This document shows positions 1 to 9,828 of a DNA stretch of 64,000 bases, in pieces. Below the pieces are notes generated by a model. It had not been told where the DNA came from, searched no databases, and saw nothing but the letters and a program-made list of their open reading frames with translations. The DNA is from Gemmatimonadota bacterium (lineage in GTDB: Bacteria; Gemmatimonadota; Gemmatimonadetes; Gemmatimonadales; GWC2-71-9): positions 1,109 through 65,108 of the forward strand of contig JBDHHP010000029.1 of the NCBI GenBank assembly GCA_039589275.1, read 5' to 3'. The position numbers and the translations under genes are program-made. Each line of letters opens with the position of its first letter. The stretch's first letter is position 1.

Positions 1-102
1 TGCCGCCGCACTCTGCGGAACCCTGCCCATCTCATGCGCAGGCGAGGAAGCGCCCACTGAAGAAACGCAACACACTCGGCGTCCCGCATCAACACTCCCA
101 CA

Positions 103-306
103 TCAGCGTCTTTGGTACGTTCCTACCAGCTGTGCCTGCGCGATGATGTGACCCGCCATGGCCCTCTCCAGCGCCGATTTCGGCGCCGCACCTAGATCGG
201 GCAGCTCCACTTCGAGCGCGTACAGCTTGCGGAAGCAGCGATGACGACCAATGGGAGGAATCTCCTGTCCGTCGGCAAATGCCGTAGTGGTGAGTCTGAA
301 CTGCAT
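103..306 (-). pseudogene. PEBP (YbhB/YbcL) family protein remnant with a large in-frame internal deletion
   Basis: The 67-codon reading MQFRLTTTAFADGQEIPP|IGRHRCFRKLYALEVELPDLGAAPKSALERAMAGHIIAQAQLVGTYQRR joins the family N-terminus (M.L.S.AF.DG..IP) directly to the C-terminal PP.G.HRY.F.LYAL...GH.LA.A.L.G.Y block. The ~90-aa core is missing. The internal ATG at 306 lies inside ORF 103..561. Confidence 0.6.
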
Positions 307-520
307 GGCGAAGCTCTCCTTCTGGACTGGATTGCATGCGTCCGGTCGCGCCCACCCCCATCTATGCCGCGCAACATGGTGGCACGCAAGCTGGTCAAGT
401 CCGACCGCGGGGTCGACTTGCCACGGCAAGGACCAGTCGTAGCTTTTCCCATTGGCACCTGTCCTTTCCAGTCCGCGTGTTTTGCGGGCTCCGTTGAGTG
501 CACCGGCAAGCAGACATGAC

Positions 521-3500
521 ATGTATGTAGTGGGTATCGATGTAGGATCGGTAAGCATCAACTGCGTGGTCCTGGACGAGCAGAGGGAACTCGTCTACGA
601 GCACCCCTACGAGCGCCATTTCCAGAAAACGGCACATCACGCACTCCAGGCCCTGAAGGCCGTCTATCTGCGTCTGGGCCACGAGCGGATAGGGAGAGTT
701 GCGTTCACCGGGAACCATGGGAAGATCATCGCCGAGCAGGTTGCCGCTCTCTACGAGTACAACTCGATCACAGAGGTGCTCGGAGTACTGCGGCTGACGC
801 CTGATGCCAAGACCATCATCAGCATGGGTGGTCAGAATGCTGCGTTGTACCAACTGTCTCGCACGAACGGGCGGTGGCAGCTGAGCTCCTTCGCCATGAA
901 CGGACCTTGTGCGTCTGGCACGGGTTCTTTCATCGATCAGCAAGCTGAAAGGCTAGCGTCGTCTCTGTATCGCGAACACGGCTCGTTCTCGCAGGAACAT
1001 ATCTCCGACACCCTTGCCGACTTCATTACACTGGGAAAGACGAGTGCTGCTGCAGCGCCCGTTGCCTGCCGTTGCACCGTCTTCACCAAGTCGGACATGA
1101 TCCACCTGCAAAACAAGGGCGAGCCGCTCGCGAACATCATTGCAGGTCTGCACCGGGGCAACGCCGCCAACTTCATCAGCACGCTCGTCGCCAATCGCTC
1201 GGTCGAGGATCCTGTAGTCTTCATCGGAGGCGTCGCCAGCAACGAACTCCAGGTGCAGGCGTTTCGCCGCAGCTACGCTGGGTTACGTGTGCCTCCCCAC
1301 CATGCGTCAGTCGGCGCGCTGGGCGCAGCGCTTGTCGCGGCTGACCACACGGAACAGAGTCCCCTCGAGCTTGCCAGCTTGGAAGCGGTGGTGCGGCGTG
1401 AGCACGGAGAATTCCCCCGCGCCCCGGCTCTGCGGCTTCACACGACCGCAGTCGGCAATGACGCCGTCATTAGGGGGCGCGAGCAGCCTGACTCCGTACT
1501 GCGAGCATATCTGGGGGTCGATATCGGATCCACCACGACCAAGACCGTGCTCATGGACGTCAACAAGAACATCGTTCACAAGCAGTACGTTCAGACGCAA
1601 GGCAGACCGATCGAGGTGACTCAGAGCCTGCTCGCCGGTATTCACGACATTTTCGGCAACACCCTCGAGCTCGAAGGTACCGCCACTACTGGCTCGGGGC
1701 GGTACGTCGTAGGCGATTTCCTCGACGCCGACCTCATCATCGATGAGATAACAGCACATGCAAGGGCTGCCGTGCACTGGGAGCCAAGTGCCGCTACCGT
1801 GTTCGAGATCGGCGGCCAGGATTCGAAGTACATCCAGATCGAGAACGGCAGTCCGCTGGACTTCGATATGAACAAGGTTTGCGCCGCAGGGACCGGCAGC
1901 TTTCTCCACGAACTGGCCAACAAACTGAATATCAACATCGTCAGGCAGTTCGAGGAGATCGCACTTTCGTCCGAGAATCCCATCAGCCTGGCCGAGCGTT
2001 GTACTGTCTTCATGGAATCGGACCTGGTCTCCTATTCACAACGCGGTGCCCGCCTCGAAGATCTCATCGCCGGTCTCTGCTACGCAGTGGTCCACAACTA
2101 CCTGAACCGCGTCGTCCAGAACCGACCCGTTCGTGAACCGATCATGTTCTTAGGCGGCCCCTCGCTGAACAAGGCTGTCGTCGCCGCTTTCGAGAACGTC
2201 CTCCAACGGCCCATCCTCGTGCCTCCACACCGCGAGGTATTGGGTGCGCACGGCGCAGCTCTGAGTGTGATGGAGAAACACCTGAACGACCAGATACCTG
2301 AATCAAGAACCGCAGATCTTGACTCCCTCATCCGTGCCACCATCGCCGTGAAGGAGAAGACGTGCCGAGCCGACAGGAGCTGCCACAACGAATGCAAGTT
2401 GAAGATCTACGACTTTAGCGGTCGCAAGAGCGTGTGGGGAGGGGACTGCGGCCGCTACGAGAGGAGACACGCTCAGCAAGAGCGAGAAGTCAACTGGTTC
2501 AAGCAGCGCGAACGGCTGTACGCCAAACACCTGAAGGGGAGGATCCTGGATCCGGCGGGACTGCGATCTCACCACGAGGTGGACACACCAGAGTGGGAAG
2601 GAGTCAAGGGCCGTCCTACCATTGGCATTCCCCAGTCACTGTACTCTCTGCAATTCGGCGTCCTCTGGACTCATTTCTGGGCCAACTTGGGCTTCCCGGT
2701 CGTTCTCACACCCAAGACGACCCAGCAAATGGCGATGCTGGGGATCGAGTCGATGACTTCCGAGACCTGTTATCCCATCAAGGTGTTCCACGGCCACGTG
2801 AAGTCGCTGATCGGCCATGTCGGTTACGTTTTCCTTCCGACGATCATCAACGTCCCGACGCCCCGTCCAGAGGAGACCGGCTTCCACTGTCCCCTCGTTC
2901 AGGGCAGTCAATACATGGTGACTGCTGCCCTCAATATCCACCGGGAGTCGCTGCTCTCACCAACCGTCTGCTTGAACGATCCTGTTGATCGAATAGTCAT
3001 GGATCTCCACCGCGATCTCAAACGGCCACTTGGGCTGAGCCGACGGCAGGTGGACCGCGCTTTCCAGCGCGCCCTGGATGCGCAGCACACGTTCGAGCTC
3101 GAACTGCTCGAGTTGGGACGGAGTTTCAAGCAGTCGCTGCAGCCTGGCGATCTGTGGGTCGCAGTGACCGGCCGGCCTTACAACCTGCACGATGAGCGCT
3201 TGAACCTCCATCTCGGGCAGAATCTGGCCAAGCTGGGAATCAAGGCCGTTCCACACGATCTGCTCGATACCGGCAACGTCGATCTGAGCGACTTCCCCAA
3301 CATGTACTGGGGCCTGGGAGCGCAGATTCTCCGGACTGCCAAGACAGTGAAGCAGTGCTCAAACGCATACGGCATGCACATCACGAACTTCAGCTGCGGT
3401 GCGGACTCATTCCTGGAGCACTTCTACCGCCACGTGATGAAGCCAAAGCCGTACCTGATCCTCGAATTGGACGAGCACAGCGCAGTGGCTGGAATGCTCA

Positions 3501-3589
3501 CCCGACTCGAGGCGTTCCGCGGCGTGATCCACAACGAGCACAACTCGGCTCCGATCGACGAGCGGCCGATGGAAGCATGTACAGTATGA
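521..3589 (+). CDS. CoA-substrate-specific enzyme activase-like protein (two BcrAD/BadFG/HgdC-type ATPase domains plus a C-terminal dehydratase-associated region)
   Basis: From ORF 452..3589. The ATG at 521 gives the conserved start MYVVGIDVGSVSINCVV. A second actin-fold repeat begins at LGVDIGSTTTKTVL. CASGTGSF and CAAGTGSF motifs are present, followed by a ~400-aa C-terminal extension as in long activase homologues. Confidence 0.8.
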   Translation: MYVVGIDVGSVSINCVVLDEQRELVYEHPYERHFQKTAHHALQALKAVYLRLGHERIGRVAFTGNHGKIIAEQVAALYEYNSITEVLGVLRLTPDAKTIISMGGQNAALYQLSRTNGRWQLSSFAMNGPCASGTGSFIDQQAERLASSLYREHGSFSQEHISDTLADFITLGKTSAAAAPVACRCTVFTKSDMIHLQNKGEPLANIIAGLHRGNAANFISTLVANRSVEDPVVFIGGVASNELQVQAFRRSYAGLRVPPHHASVGALGAALVAADHTEQSPLELASLEAVVRREHGEFPRAPALRLHTTAVGNDAVIRGREQPDSVLRAYLGVDIGSTTTKTVLMDVNKNIVHKQYVQTQGRPIEVTQSLLAGIHDIFGNTLELEGTATTGSGRYVVGDFLDADLIIDEITAHARAAVHWEPSAATVFEIGGQDSKYIQIENGSPLDFDMNKVCAAGTGSFLHELANKLNINIVRQFEEIALSSENPISLAERCTVFMESDLVSYSQRGARLEDLIAGLCYAVVHNYLNRVVQNRPVREPIMFLGGPSLNKAVVAAFENVLQRPILVPPHREVLGAHGAALSVMEKHLNDQIPESRTADLDSLIRATIAVKEKTCRADRSCHNECKLKIYDFSGRKSVWGGDCGRYERRHAQQEREVNWFKQRERLYAKHLKGRILDPAGLRSHHEVDTPEWEGVKGRPTIGIPQSLYSLQFGVLWTHFWANLGFPVVLTPKTTQQMAMLGIESMTSETCYPIKVFHGHVKSLIGHVGYVFLPTIINVPTPRPEETGFHCPLVQGSQYMVTAALNIHRESLLSPTVCLNDPVDRIVMDLHRDLKRPLGLSRRQVDRAFQRALDAQHTFELELLELGRSFKQSLQPGDLWVAVTGRPYNLHDERLNLHLGQNLAKLGIKAVPHDLLDTGNVDLSDFPNMYWGLGAQILRTAKTVKQCSNAYGMHITNFSCGADSFLEHFYRHVMKPKPYLILELDEHSAVAGMLTRLEAFRGVIHNEHNSAPIDERPMEACTV

Positions 3590-4932
3590 ACAGGACCGTG
3601 GCAGGGTTTGACTCGGTGAGCAACGAGGTTGGCAAGTTCGGTCTGGCCAGCAAGACCGTGCTCGTACCTGAAATGAGTCGGTCGGGCAGCCGTCTAGTCG
3701 TCGCCACTCTGAGAGGCTTCGGAATCGACGCGCAACTCATGGATACCTACGAGGGTCTCCAGCTTGGCAAGCGGTTCACATCGGGCAAAGAGTGCTTCCC
3801 GTGTCAGGTGACGCTGGGAGACGTGATTCATCGCCTCGAGAGCGAGAAAGACCGGCTCGGCGATTCATTCAGGGCTGGGAACTACGTCTACTGCATGGCC
3901 GAGGCGGAGGGTCCGTGTCGCTTCGGCATGTATACCAGACTGCATCGGATTGTCCTCGATTCGCTGGACGCCTGTAACAAGGTGGGCATTGCATCGCTTA
4001 CGTCGGCGGATTCCTACTCCATCGGCGGCGCGTTGCACCCGAGGCTGCATTCCCGACTTCGGAAAACGGCCTTCGTGGCAATCGCCATCGGTGACGTACT
4101 GGATCGAATGCTATGGCGCACACGACCGTACGAAAGGGAGCAGGGCCAGGCCGAGGCACACTACGAGGACGCCCTGACCACTATGTCGAGCCTTATCGAG
4201 GCACATGGCTGGAACAATGGGTTTCCCCGAATCCTGAATACGCTGGAGCAGATCGCCAGACAAGCCGTAGATATTGTCGATCCCTCCATCTCTCCAAAGC
4301 CGCTGATCGGCATCGTCGGTGAGATCTATCTCCGAAGTCACACGGCCTCAAACCAGAATCTGATAAGGCTGCTTGAAGGTCATGGCGCCGAGGTCGTGAA
4401 CGCATCCCTGGCCGAGTGGATCAACTACGTTCCCTATCGCTTAGCGCAAAAGGCCCGCCGGAACGCTGCGTACGCTCTCGGGCGCCGAGATTTCGGTTCA
4501 TTGTACAGACAGCTCGGGCTTTGGCTCCGCCACCGGACTGAACTGGCGTACCAGTACCTCCGGCTAGATCAGCTCTACAGGAGGGTTACGAGGCACCTCT
4601 CGATCCATGAGGATCACCGGATGGGTCGCGTTGAAAGGCAACTCAACGACGACCGTGTCTTTTCCTTCCGACTGGGCACGGAGGCACCGCTGAGCATTGG
4701 TGGTGCCCTGGAGTGCGGGCTCGCGGGTTTCGACGGCATTGTGAACGTGTTCCCCTTTGGATGCATGCCCAGTACGATGTCCTCGGCGATCCTGAGGCCG
4801 ATTCTGGAACAGCTGCAGGTTCCCTACGTGGATTCTGTGTACGACGGCACCGTTCAGCCCAACCGTGAAGCCTCGATTCGTGCCTTCATGTACCAGGCTA
4901 CGGAGCACCAGGAGGCCAGAATAGCCCAATGA
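3577..4932 (+). CDS. activase-associated dehydratase-like (DUF2229-type) protein
   Basis: From ORF 3355..4932. The ATG at 3577 overlaps the upstream stop by 13 nt. The sequence (GKECFPCQVTLGD, EGPCRFGMY, IVGEIYLR, FPFGCMPS) resembles the region that is fused to the activase in single-chain homologues. Confidence 0.6.
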   Translation: MYSMNRTVAGFDSVSNEVGKFGLASKTVLVPEMSRSGSRLVVATLRGFGIDAQLMDTYEGLQLGKRFTSGKECFPCQVTLGDVIHRLESEKDRLGDSFRAGNYVYCMAEAEGPCRFGMYTRLHRIVLDSLDACNKVGIASLTSADSYSIGGALHPRLHSRLRKTAFVAIAIGDVLDRMLWRTRPYEREQGQAEAHYEDALTTMSSLIEAHGWNNGFPRILNTLEQIARQAVDIVDPSISPKPLIGIVGEIYLRSHTASNQNLIRLLEGHGAEVVNASLAEWINYVPYRLAQKARRNAAYALGRRDFGSLYRQLGLWLRHRTELAYQYLRLDQLYRRVTRHLSIHEDHRMGRVERQLNDDRVFSFRLGTEAPLSIGGALECGLAGFDGIVNVFPFGCMPSTMSSAILRPILEQLQVPYVDSVYDGTVQPNREASIRAFMYQATEHQEARIAQ

Positions 4933-5039
4933 AAACGTGGTCGGGCCCTGCGGCAGACGGCGCTCCTCGACAAGATCTCGTAGGGTGGTTAATCGAGATT
5001 CAAATCGGCGTGCCACACATTGGCTGCGGCTCGCGCGAG

Positions 5040-6389
5040 TCAGTTCCGAGCGGCACCTCCAATCAGATGAATCTCCTCCTGCCGCGGCACCACGTAGCTG
5101 AAACCGCTCTCGGTTAGAACAACATCCTCTTCCGTATTGATGCGAACCTCTTGGCCGCCCCACTCCGGCACCTCTGTCACGGCGTGCGACTCGAGTGCGT
5201 AGTAGGCTCCGACACGGAGCGGGAGTGTTGCACGTGCTCCGTAACGGTCCGGCCAGTCGGGATTCATCCACGCGCCTATGCCGTGCCCTCCCACCGCTAC
5301 CGAGTGCGAGTACACCCTCGCCTCGAGACCCCACTCTTCGCATAGTGCGTGCGACTGAGTCACGACCTCGTGTCCTATTACTCCTTCGCGAGCGACTTCG
5401 AACACCGCGTCCTGCACTCGCAGCGAGTTGCGGAACGCCTGCTGTAGGCCCTCCGGAGGCTCTGTCTCACCCTGCTTCAGTACGTACCCTGTGCCCTTGT
5501 AGTCGGTGTGGAACCCCATGTACACCACACCGATATCGTTGTTGATCAAGTCACCGGGTTGAACCACCGTTGCATCCTCATCCAACCGTTCTGACAGACC
5601 TTCTCGATGGACCCTGAGACCGTGGAAATACCAGGTGTCGATATCTAGTTCGGCCAGGCGCTTGTATATCCACCAGCGCATGTCGCCTATGGTCGTCTCC
5701 CCCGGGGTGATCATGTCCAGCACTCCGAAGTGGATCTGCTTGCTCAGGTGGGCTGCCGTACGAAAGTGCACCACCTCTTCGGGAAGTCTGGTATCAAGGA
5801 AATCCACGATCATCGATTCGGCCGAGACCAGTCGTGCTGCGTACCTGGGCCCAACGGCATCGATCAGGAACTGCTTCATCTCGACGGTGAGTCCGTCAGC
5901 CATGGGGATGGTACGAGACTCATTGACTCCGATTCTTTGCGGATCCAGGTCGCGGATCGTCTCTCGGAGTATTGGCGTCAGCGAAGGACCCTCATCACCT
6001 GAGCCGCTGTGATATGAGATCATCTCGTCCCAGAGACGGCTCCTGCCCGGGAGATGGGTTCCGATCAAGATCTTGCGCAGCTCGTCGGACCCGTCATCGA
6101 AGAAAATGTGGGCGTTTCTGTGTCCGCCGGGCGTACTCTCCAAGTTGTCCTCGATGTACTCGAGCACGAAGTCCTTGTTGAACTCGCGGGACATGGTGAT
6201 CCAGCAATCGATGTTGGCCGCCCTCATGGCGGGTAGCAACAGTTGGTCGACTCGTTTGAGGTTCAATTCGCCGCGGATACGGGCCCGTTCTCTCAAGGGA
6301 AGGCCGACAGTACTAGTACCGGTGTCGGCCGGAGTGCAACACAGAAACGCGCCGAGAATCGGAGCGATAGCCAAAGACGATGCCTTCAT
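5040..6389 (-). CDS. M24 family metallopeptidase (Xaa-Pro aminopeptidase/creatinase-like), probable lipoprotein
   Basis: From ORF 5040..6422. A TGGAGG Shine-Dalgarno lies 7 nt before the ATG at 6389. The signal MKASSLAIAPILGAFLCC is lipoprotein-like. The C-terminal pita-bread region reads HGIGAWMNPDWP...YALESH. Confidence 0.8.
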   Translation of the reverse strand: MKASSLAIAPILGAFLCCTPADTGTSTVGLPLRERARIRGELNLKRVDQLLLPAMRAANIDCWITMSREFNKDFVLEYIEDNLESTPGGHRNAHIFFDDGSDELRKILIGTHLPGRSRLWDEMISYHSGSGDEGPSLTPILRETIRDLDPQRIGVNESRTIPMADGLTVEMKQFLIDAVGPRYAARLVSAESMIVDFLDTRLPEEVVHFRTAAHLSKQIHFGVLDMITPGETTIGDMRWWIYKRLAELDIDTWYFHGLRVHREGLSERLDEDATVVQPGDLINNDIGVVYMGFHTDYKGTGYVLKQGETEPPEGLQQAFRNSLRVQDAVFEVAREGVIGHEVVTQSHALCEEWGLEARVYSHSVAVGGHGIGAWMNPDWPDRYGARATLPLRVGAYYALESHAVTEVPEWGGQEVRINTEEDVVLTESGFSYVVPRQEEIHLIGGAARN

Positions 6390-6431
6390 CACAGACCTCC
6401 AAAAGCCGCGGAGCAGCTGCACTAGGCGGGA

Positions 6432-9009
6432 TTATCTGCTTGCCGCAGCATAAAGGGGATTGAACAGCAGCTTGAACGCGTTGCGTGACTGTCCCCGCGT
6501 GTCAGGCCGGAACCCAATCAATACGACCTGCCCCCGTCCCAAGGGCACGCGTATCACCGCGGGCCGCCCGGCGAGGTAGCGGTCTTCCCCTATGACCCAG
6601 CCGTCGGCGAGCACGTCGTCCTCGGGGAAGCTTGCGTACACCACGATATCGCGCTCTTGCCTCATCTCGCCCGCAGCCGAAGACTCTTCCTTTGCCGCCG
6701 GGATGATCTCCATCACCAAACCATGGCGCCAGAACAGCGCCGTCGCGTTTGCGTCCATGCCGTAGGCCAGTGGATCGATGGGATCCGGCTCGAACCGAAT
6801 CAGCGAGCCAGGAGCGAAGAACTGCCGAGGATCTACTCCGGCTACTGAGTTCCTCACAGGGAGGCCGAGCATCTTGGTCGCGAACTCGACAGAGCGGTGA
6901 AACGCCATCAGCCAGCCGCCGTCCACAACATACTGCTTCAAAGCCGCTGCTCCTTCGACTCCGACTCCGCCCACGTACACGGACGGCATGGTGAGCGGCG
7001 CATGCCCGTTCAGTATCGACTCCGCATCCTGGTCGGGTAGCAGGATGATATCGAACAGCCCGAGGTTGCCGGAGCGAAGATCGGCGTCGTGCAAGGTCTC
7101 GACCTGGAACTCGTATTGGTCCAGCACCCAGCGGGTCCAGCCTTCGGCCATGCTGGCCACATAGCTCTGATAAATGCCTACCCGGGGCGCGGCCATTTGC
7201 TGCGTTGGTGTGTCGGGATTCTCGTTCAGTGCAAAGAAGTCGAGGCCCAGCTCAGTCGCGAGCGCCTCGACGGTGTTCCTGTCTGCGTTCCTCACATGCA
7301 TGGTCCCCGGCGGCCAGCTCTGTCCCTGCGCCTGGAAGGACTCGGTCGTCCACGCCAGGCGCGCTCCAGAGGCGAGCAACCGGTTGGCGGCAAGGACAGT
7401 CGCGTTGGGCGCTCGGGAGAGCAGGTAACCTCGCGAGCCCGACCCGTGAATCCGCCCCGCCGGCGGAGCGAGCTCACTTAGAGCCGGACCGGGCATGTCG
7501 AACTGTTGCGTCACCCTATGGAACCGCACGCCGAGCTGGTCCGGCAGGTTGTACCCGGTGACATCGTAGGGACGCTCAGGCGGTCCGCCCGGGTAGTCGA
7601 ACCGGTCCGGATGGTGCTTCGGTTCCATCAGGTCCAACACGAACGGTCGGAACGCCTGCGGCGGGACGACGTAGCTGCCCGCGGCAAACTCCCACTTGCA
7701 CCAGTTCCACTGCCGCACCGGGATCGTGTTGTTGCGCAGGATCGATCACGTAGGCGAACGGACCGCCCTCGGCAGCCATGCCTCTGGCGATCTGGCGCTT
7801 GCCCATGTGATAGATGTCGTACAGGTAGTCCTGTTTGAGCTGGGCCGCGACATCCAGCACCGCTCGCGATCCGGTCATCACGTACTCCACCGCGTCACCG
7901 ATACGCCACCATCCTCCTTCCCACGGCACCGGATAGTTCATGCTCGGTTCTCGCGTGGAAAGAGGCACGCCGCGAGAGAAGGTCTCGCCAATTTCCTCGT
8001 CGGCGTAGTGGTGTGGTGTGGCGTAGCTGTACAACGCGGTCTCAGTAAACAGCCCAAGGATGTTGTGGAACTGAGGCGCAGCGTGCATGAACCCGGCCGA
8101 CCATGCCACACGATAGCTGATGGCCGTACTGACTCCCGGTTTCCCCTCCTTCATGAACCGCTGCAACATGTACTGACCGATGTGACTGTAACTGCTGACT
8201 ATCAGTGGATCGAGATGGTGGTTTAGGGGATCGATCGCTGGCGGCACCCAGATTCTACCCGGAAATGGGCCGGTCTGGTGATGGTTGTAGAAGATCTGCG
8301 GGAACCACTCGTGGTACACGACGTTGGCCACCGCCTGGGTCTCGACCTGCGTGAACATGTACGCGTCGCGATTGTTGTCGTGGCCGACGTAGTGATGATA
8401 CAGCTCCGGTACCGGCGCGGTCTCGAACGGCGTACCCAGGTTCTTGCGGTACCAACTAGTGACGATGTCGAGCCCGTCCGGGTTCACGTTCGGCATGAGC
8501 AGCAGGATGACGTTCTCACGGACCCGTTGCGCCTCTGCTGATTCGTCGGCTGCAAGCCAGTAGGCGAGTCTGGGTGTGTGCATCGAGGGCGCCAGCTCCG
8601 TTGCATGGAGCCCACCGTCGATCCACACCGTGGCCTTTCCCTCCTGTGCGAGCCGCATCGCTTCAGCGTCGGTCAAACCCTCGGCCAGAGCCAGCTGACG
8701 GTTGATCGCTCGATACCGCTCTCTGTTCAGCAGGTTCTCCTCGCTGGACATGAACGCGAGAAGCATGGGTTTCCCCAGAGTGGTGGTGCCGATTTGTTCC
8801 ACGACCACCCGATCCGAAGCCTCGTCCAGTGCACGGAAGTAACTCTGGATCTGATCGTAGTCGGCAAGTCTGTGATCTTCTCCCGGCTCGAAGCCGATTA
8901 CCTGTGCCGGAGTGGGCACCTGAGCGAGAGCTTGTTGCGAGACGGGGCAAAGCAGAAAGGCAACCACATAGAACGCGCAGAAGACAGCTCGATGTGCCGG
9001 CATCGACAT
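6432..9009 (-). pseudogene. M14 zinc carboxypeptidase-like exoprotein, frameshifted
   Basis: ORF 7576..9009 carries the signal peptide and catalytic domain (GGLHATE, NPDG, DNNRD, NHHQTG, LFTET). ORF 6432..7718 carries the C-terminal half. Together they are collinear with the intact 880-aa paralog at 30504..33146. The frames switch near 7683-7700. The total length of 2578 nt is not a multiple of 3. Confidence 0.75.
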
Positions 9010-9208
9010 CTCCTTTGGAGGGAACTAGCATACGATGTGGATAGACTACCGCCGGGTGGCGGGAAAAGCGAGGTACGGCGAGAATCGTCCGGACGATCTC
9101 CTGCCGTACTATTGCAGATCTTGACCCAAGTAACATATGGTATTGAACTGAGTTCCGGTGCGGCAAGACGCCGCTCGATTTGACCCGGTTCGAGGTAGAC
9201 TGACTGAC

Positions 9209-9793
9209 ATGCGGATCTTGATTGCGGAAGATGACAGAGTCACCCGCCTGATGCTCGCCAAGATGATCGAAGTACAGGGGCACGACGTGGTGCAGGCGAC
9301 AGATGGTGCCGAGGCATGGGAGCTGTTCCAGAGACATGAGACGAGACTGATCATTACCGATTGGCTCATGCCGAACGTAGACGGATTGAAGCTGTGCCAA
9401 ATGGTGCGCGCCCAGCGCCACGCACGCTACGTCTACATCATGGTACTCACCTCCCTCGAAAGAAAGCAGAACTACCTCGAGGCGATGGATGCTGGTGCGG
9501 ACGACTTCCTCAACAAGCCGGTGGATGTGGCCGAGCTGAAGGCGCGGCTGCGAGTTGCCGAGCGCATCCTCGCGCTCCAGGGCGAGGTCGACTTGTTGGA
9601 GGGGTTGCTGCCGATCTGCATGTACTGCAAGAAGATCCGGGACGATGACGAGAGTTGGCATCAGTTGGAGCAGTACGTTGAAGACCGCTCAGAAGTTGAA
9701 TTCTCCCATGGAGTCTGCCCGAACTGCTACGAGCTTCACATGAAGCCGCATATAGATGCTGCTGGTGGCCCTGGATCCAGAGGCAAGGGGTAG
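9209..9793 (+). CDS. response regulator: REC domain plus Cys/His-rich C-terminal module
   Basis: From ORF 9158..9793 with the ATG at 9209 (MRILIAEDD). REC signatures are present (DD, IITDWLMP, LTS, NKP). The C-terminus reads LPICMYCKKIRDDDESWHQLEQYVEDRSEVEFSHGVCPNCY. Confidence 0.85.
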   Translation: MRILIAEDDRVTRLMLAKMIEVQGHDVVQATDGAEAWELFQRHETRLIITDWLMPNVDGLKLCQMVRAQRHARYVYIMVLTSLERKQNYLEAMDAGADDFLNKPVDVAELKARLRVAERILALQGEVDLLEGLLPICMYCKKIRDDDESWHQLEQYVEDRSEVEFSHGVCPNCYELHMKPHIDAAGGPGSRGKG

Positions 9794-9828
9794 CAGGAGC
9801 TGCTACCTTCGGACCTAAGGCCAGCAAC

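Noticed and set aside
452-520. N-terminal extensions offered by the ORF track (452..520, 3355..3576, 51110..51196, 40000..40211, 43522..43674, among others).
   Set aside because: The conserved family N-termini, signal peptides and Shine-Dalgarno sequences all point to internal start codons. The track also uses GTG/TTG as the earliest possible starts.
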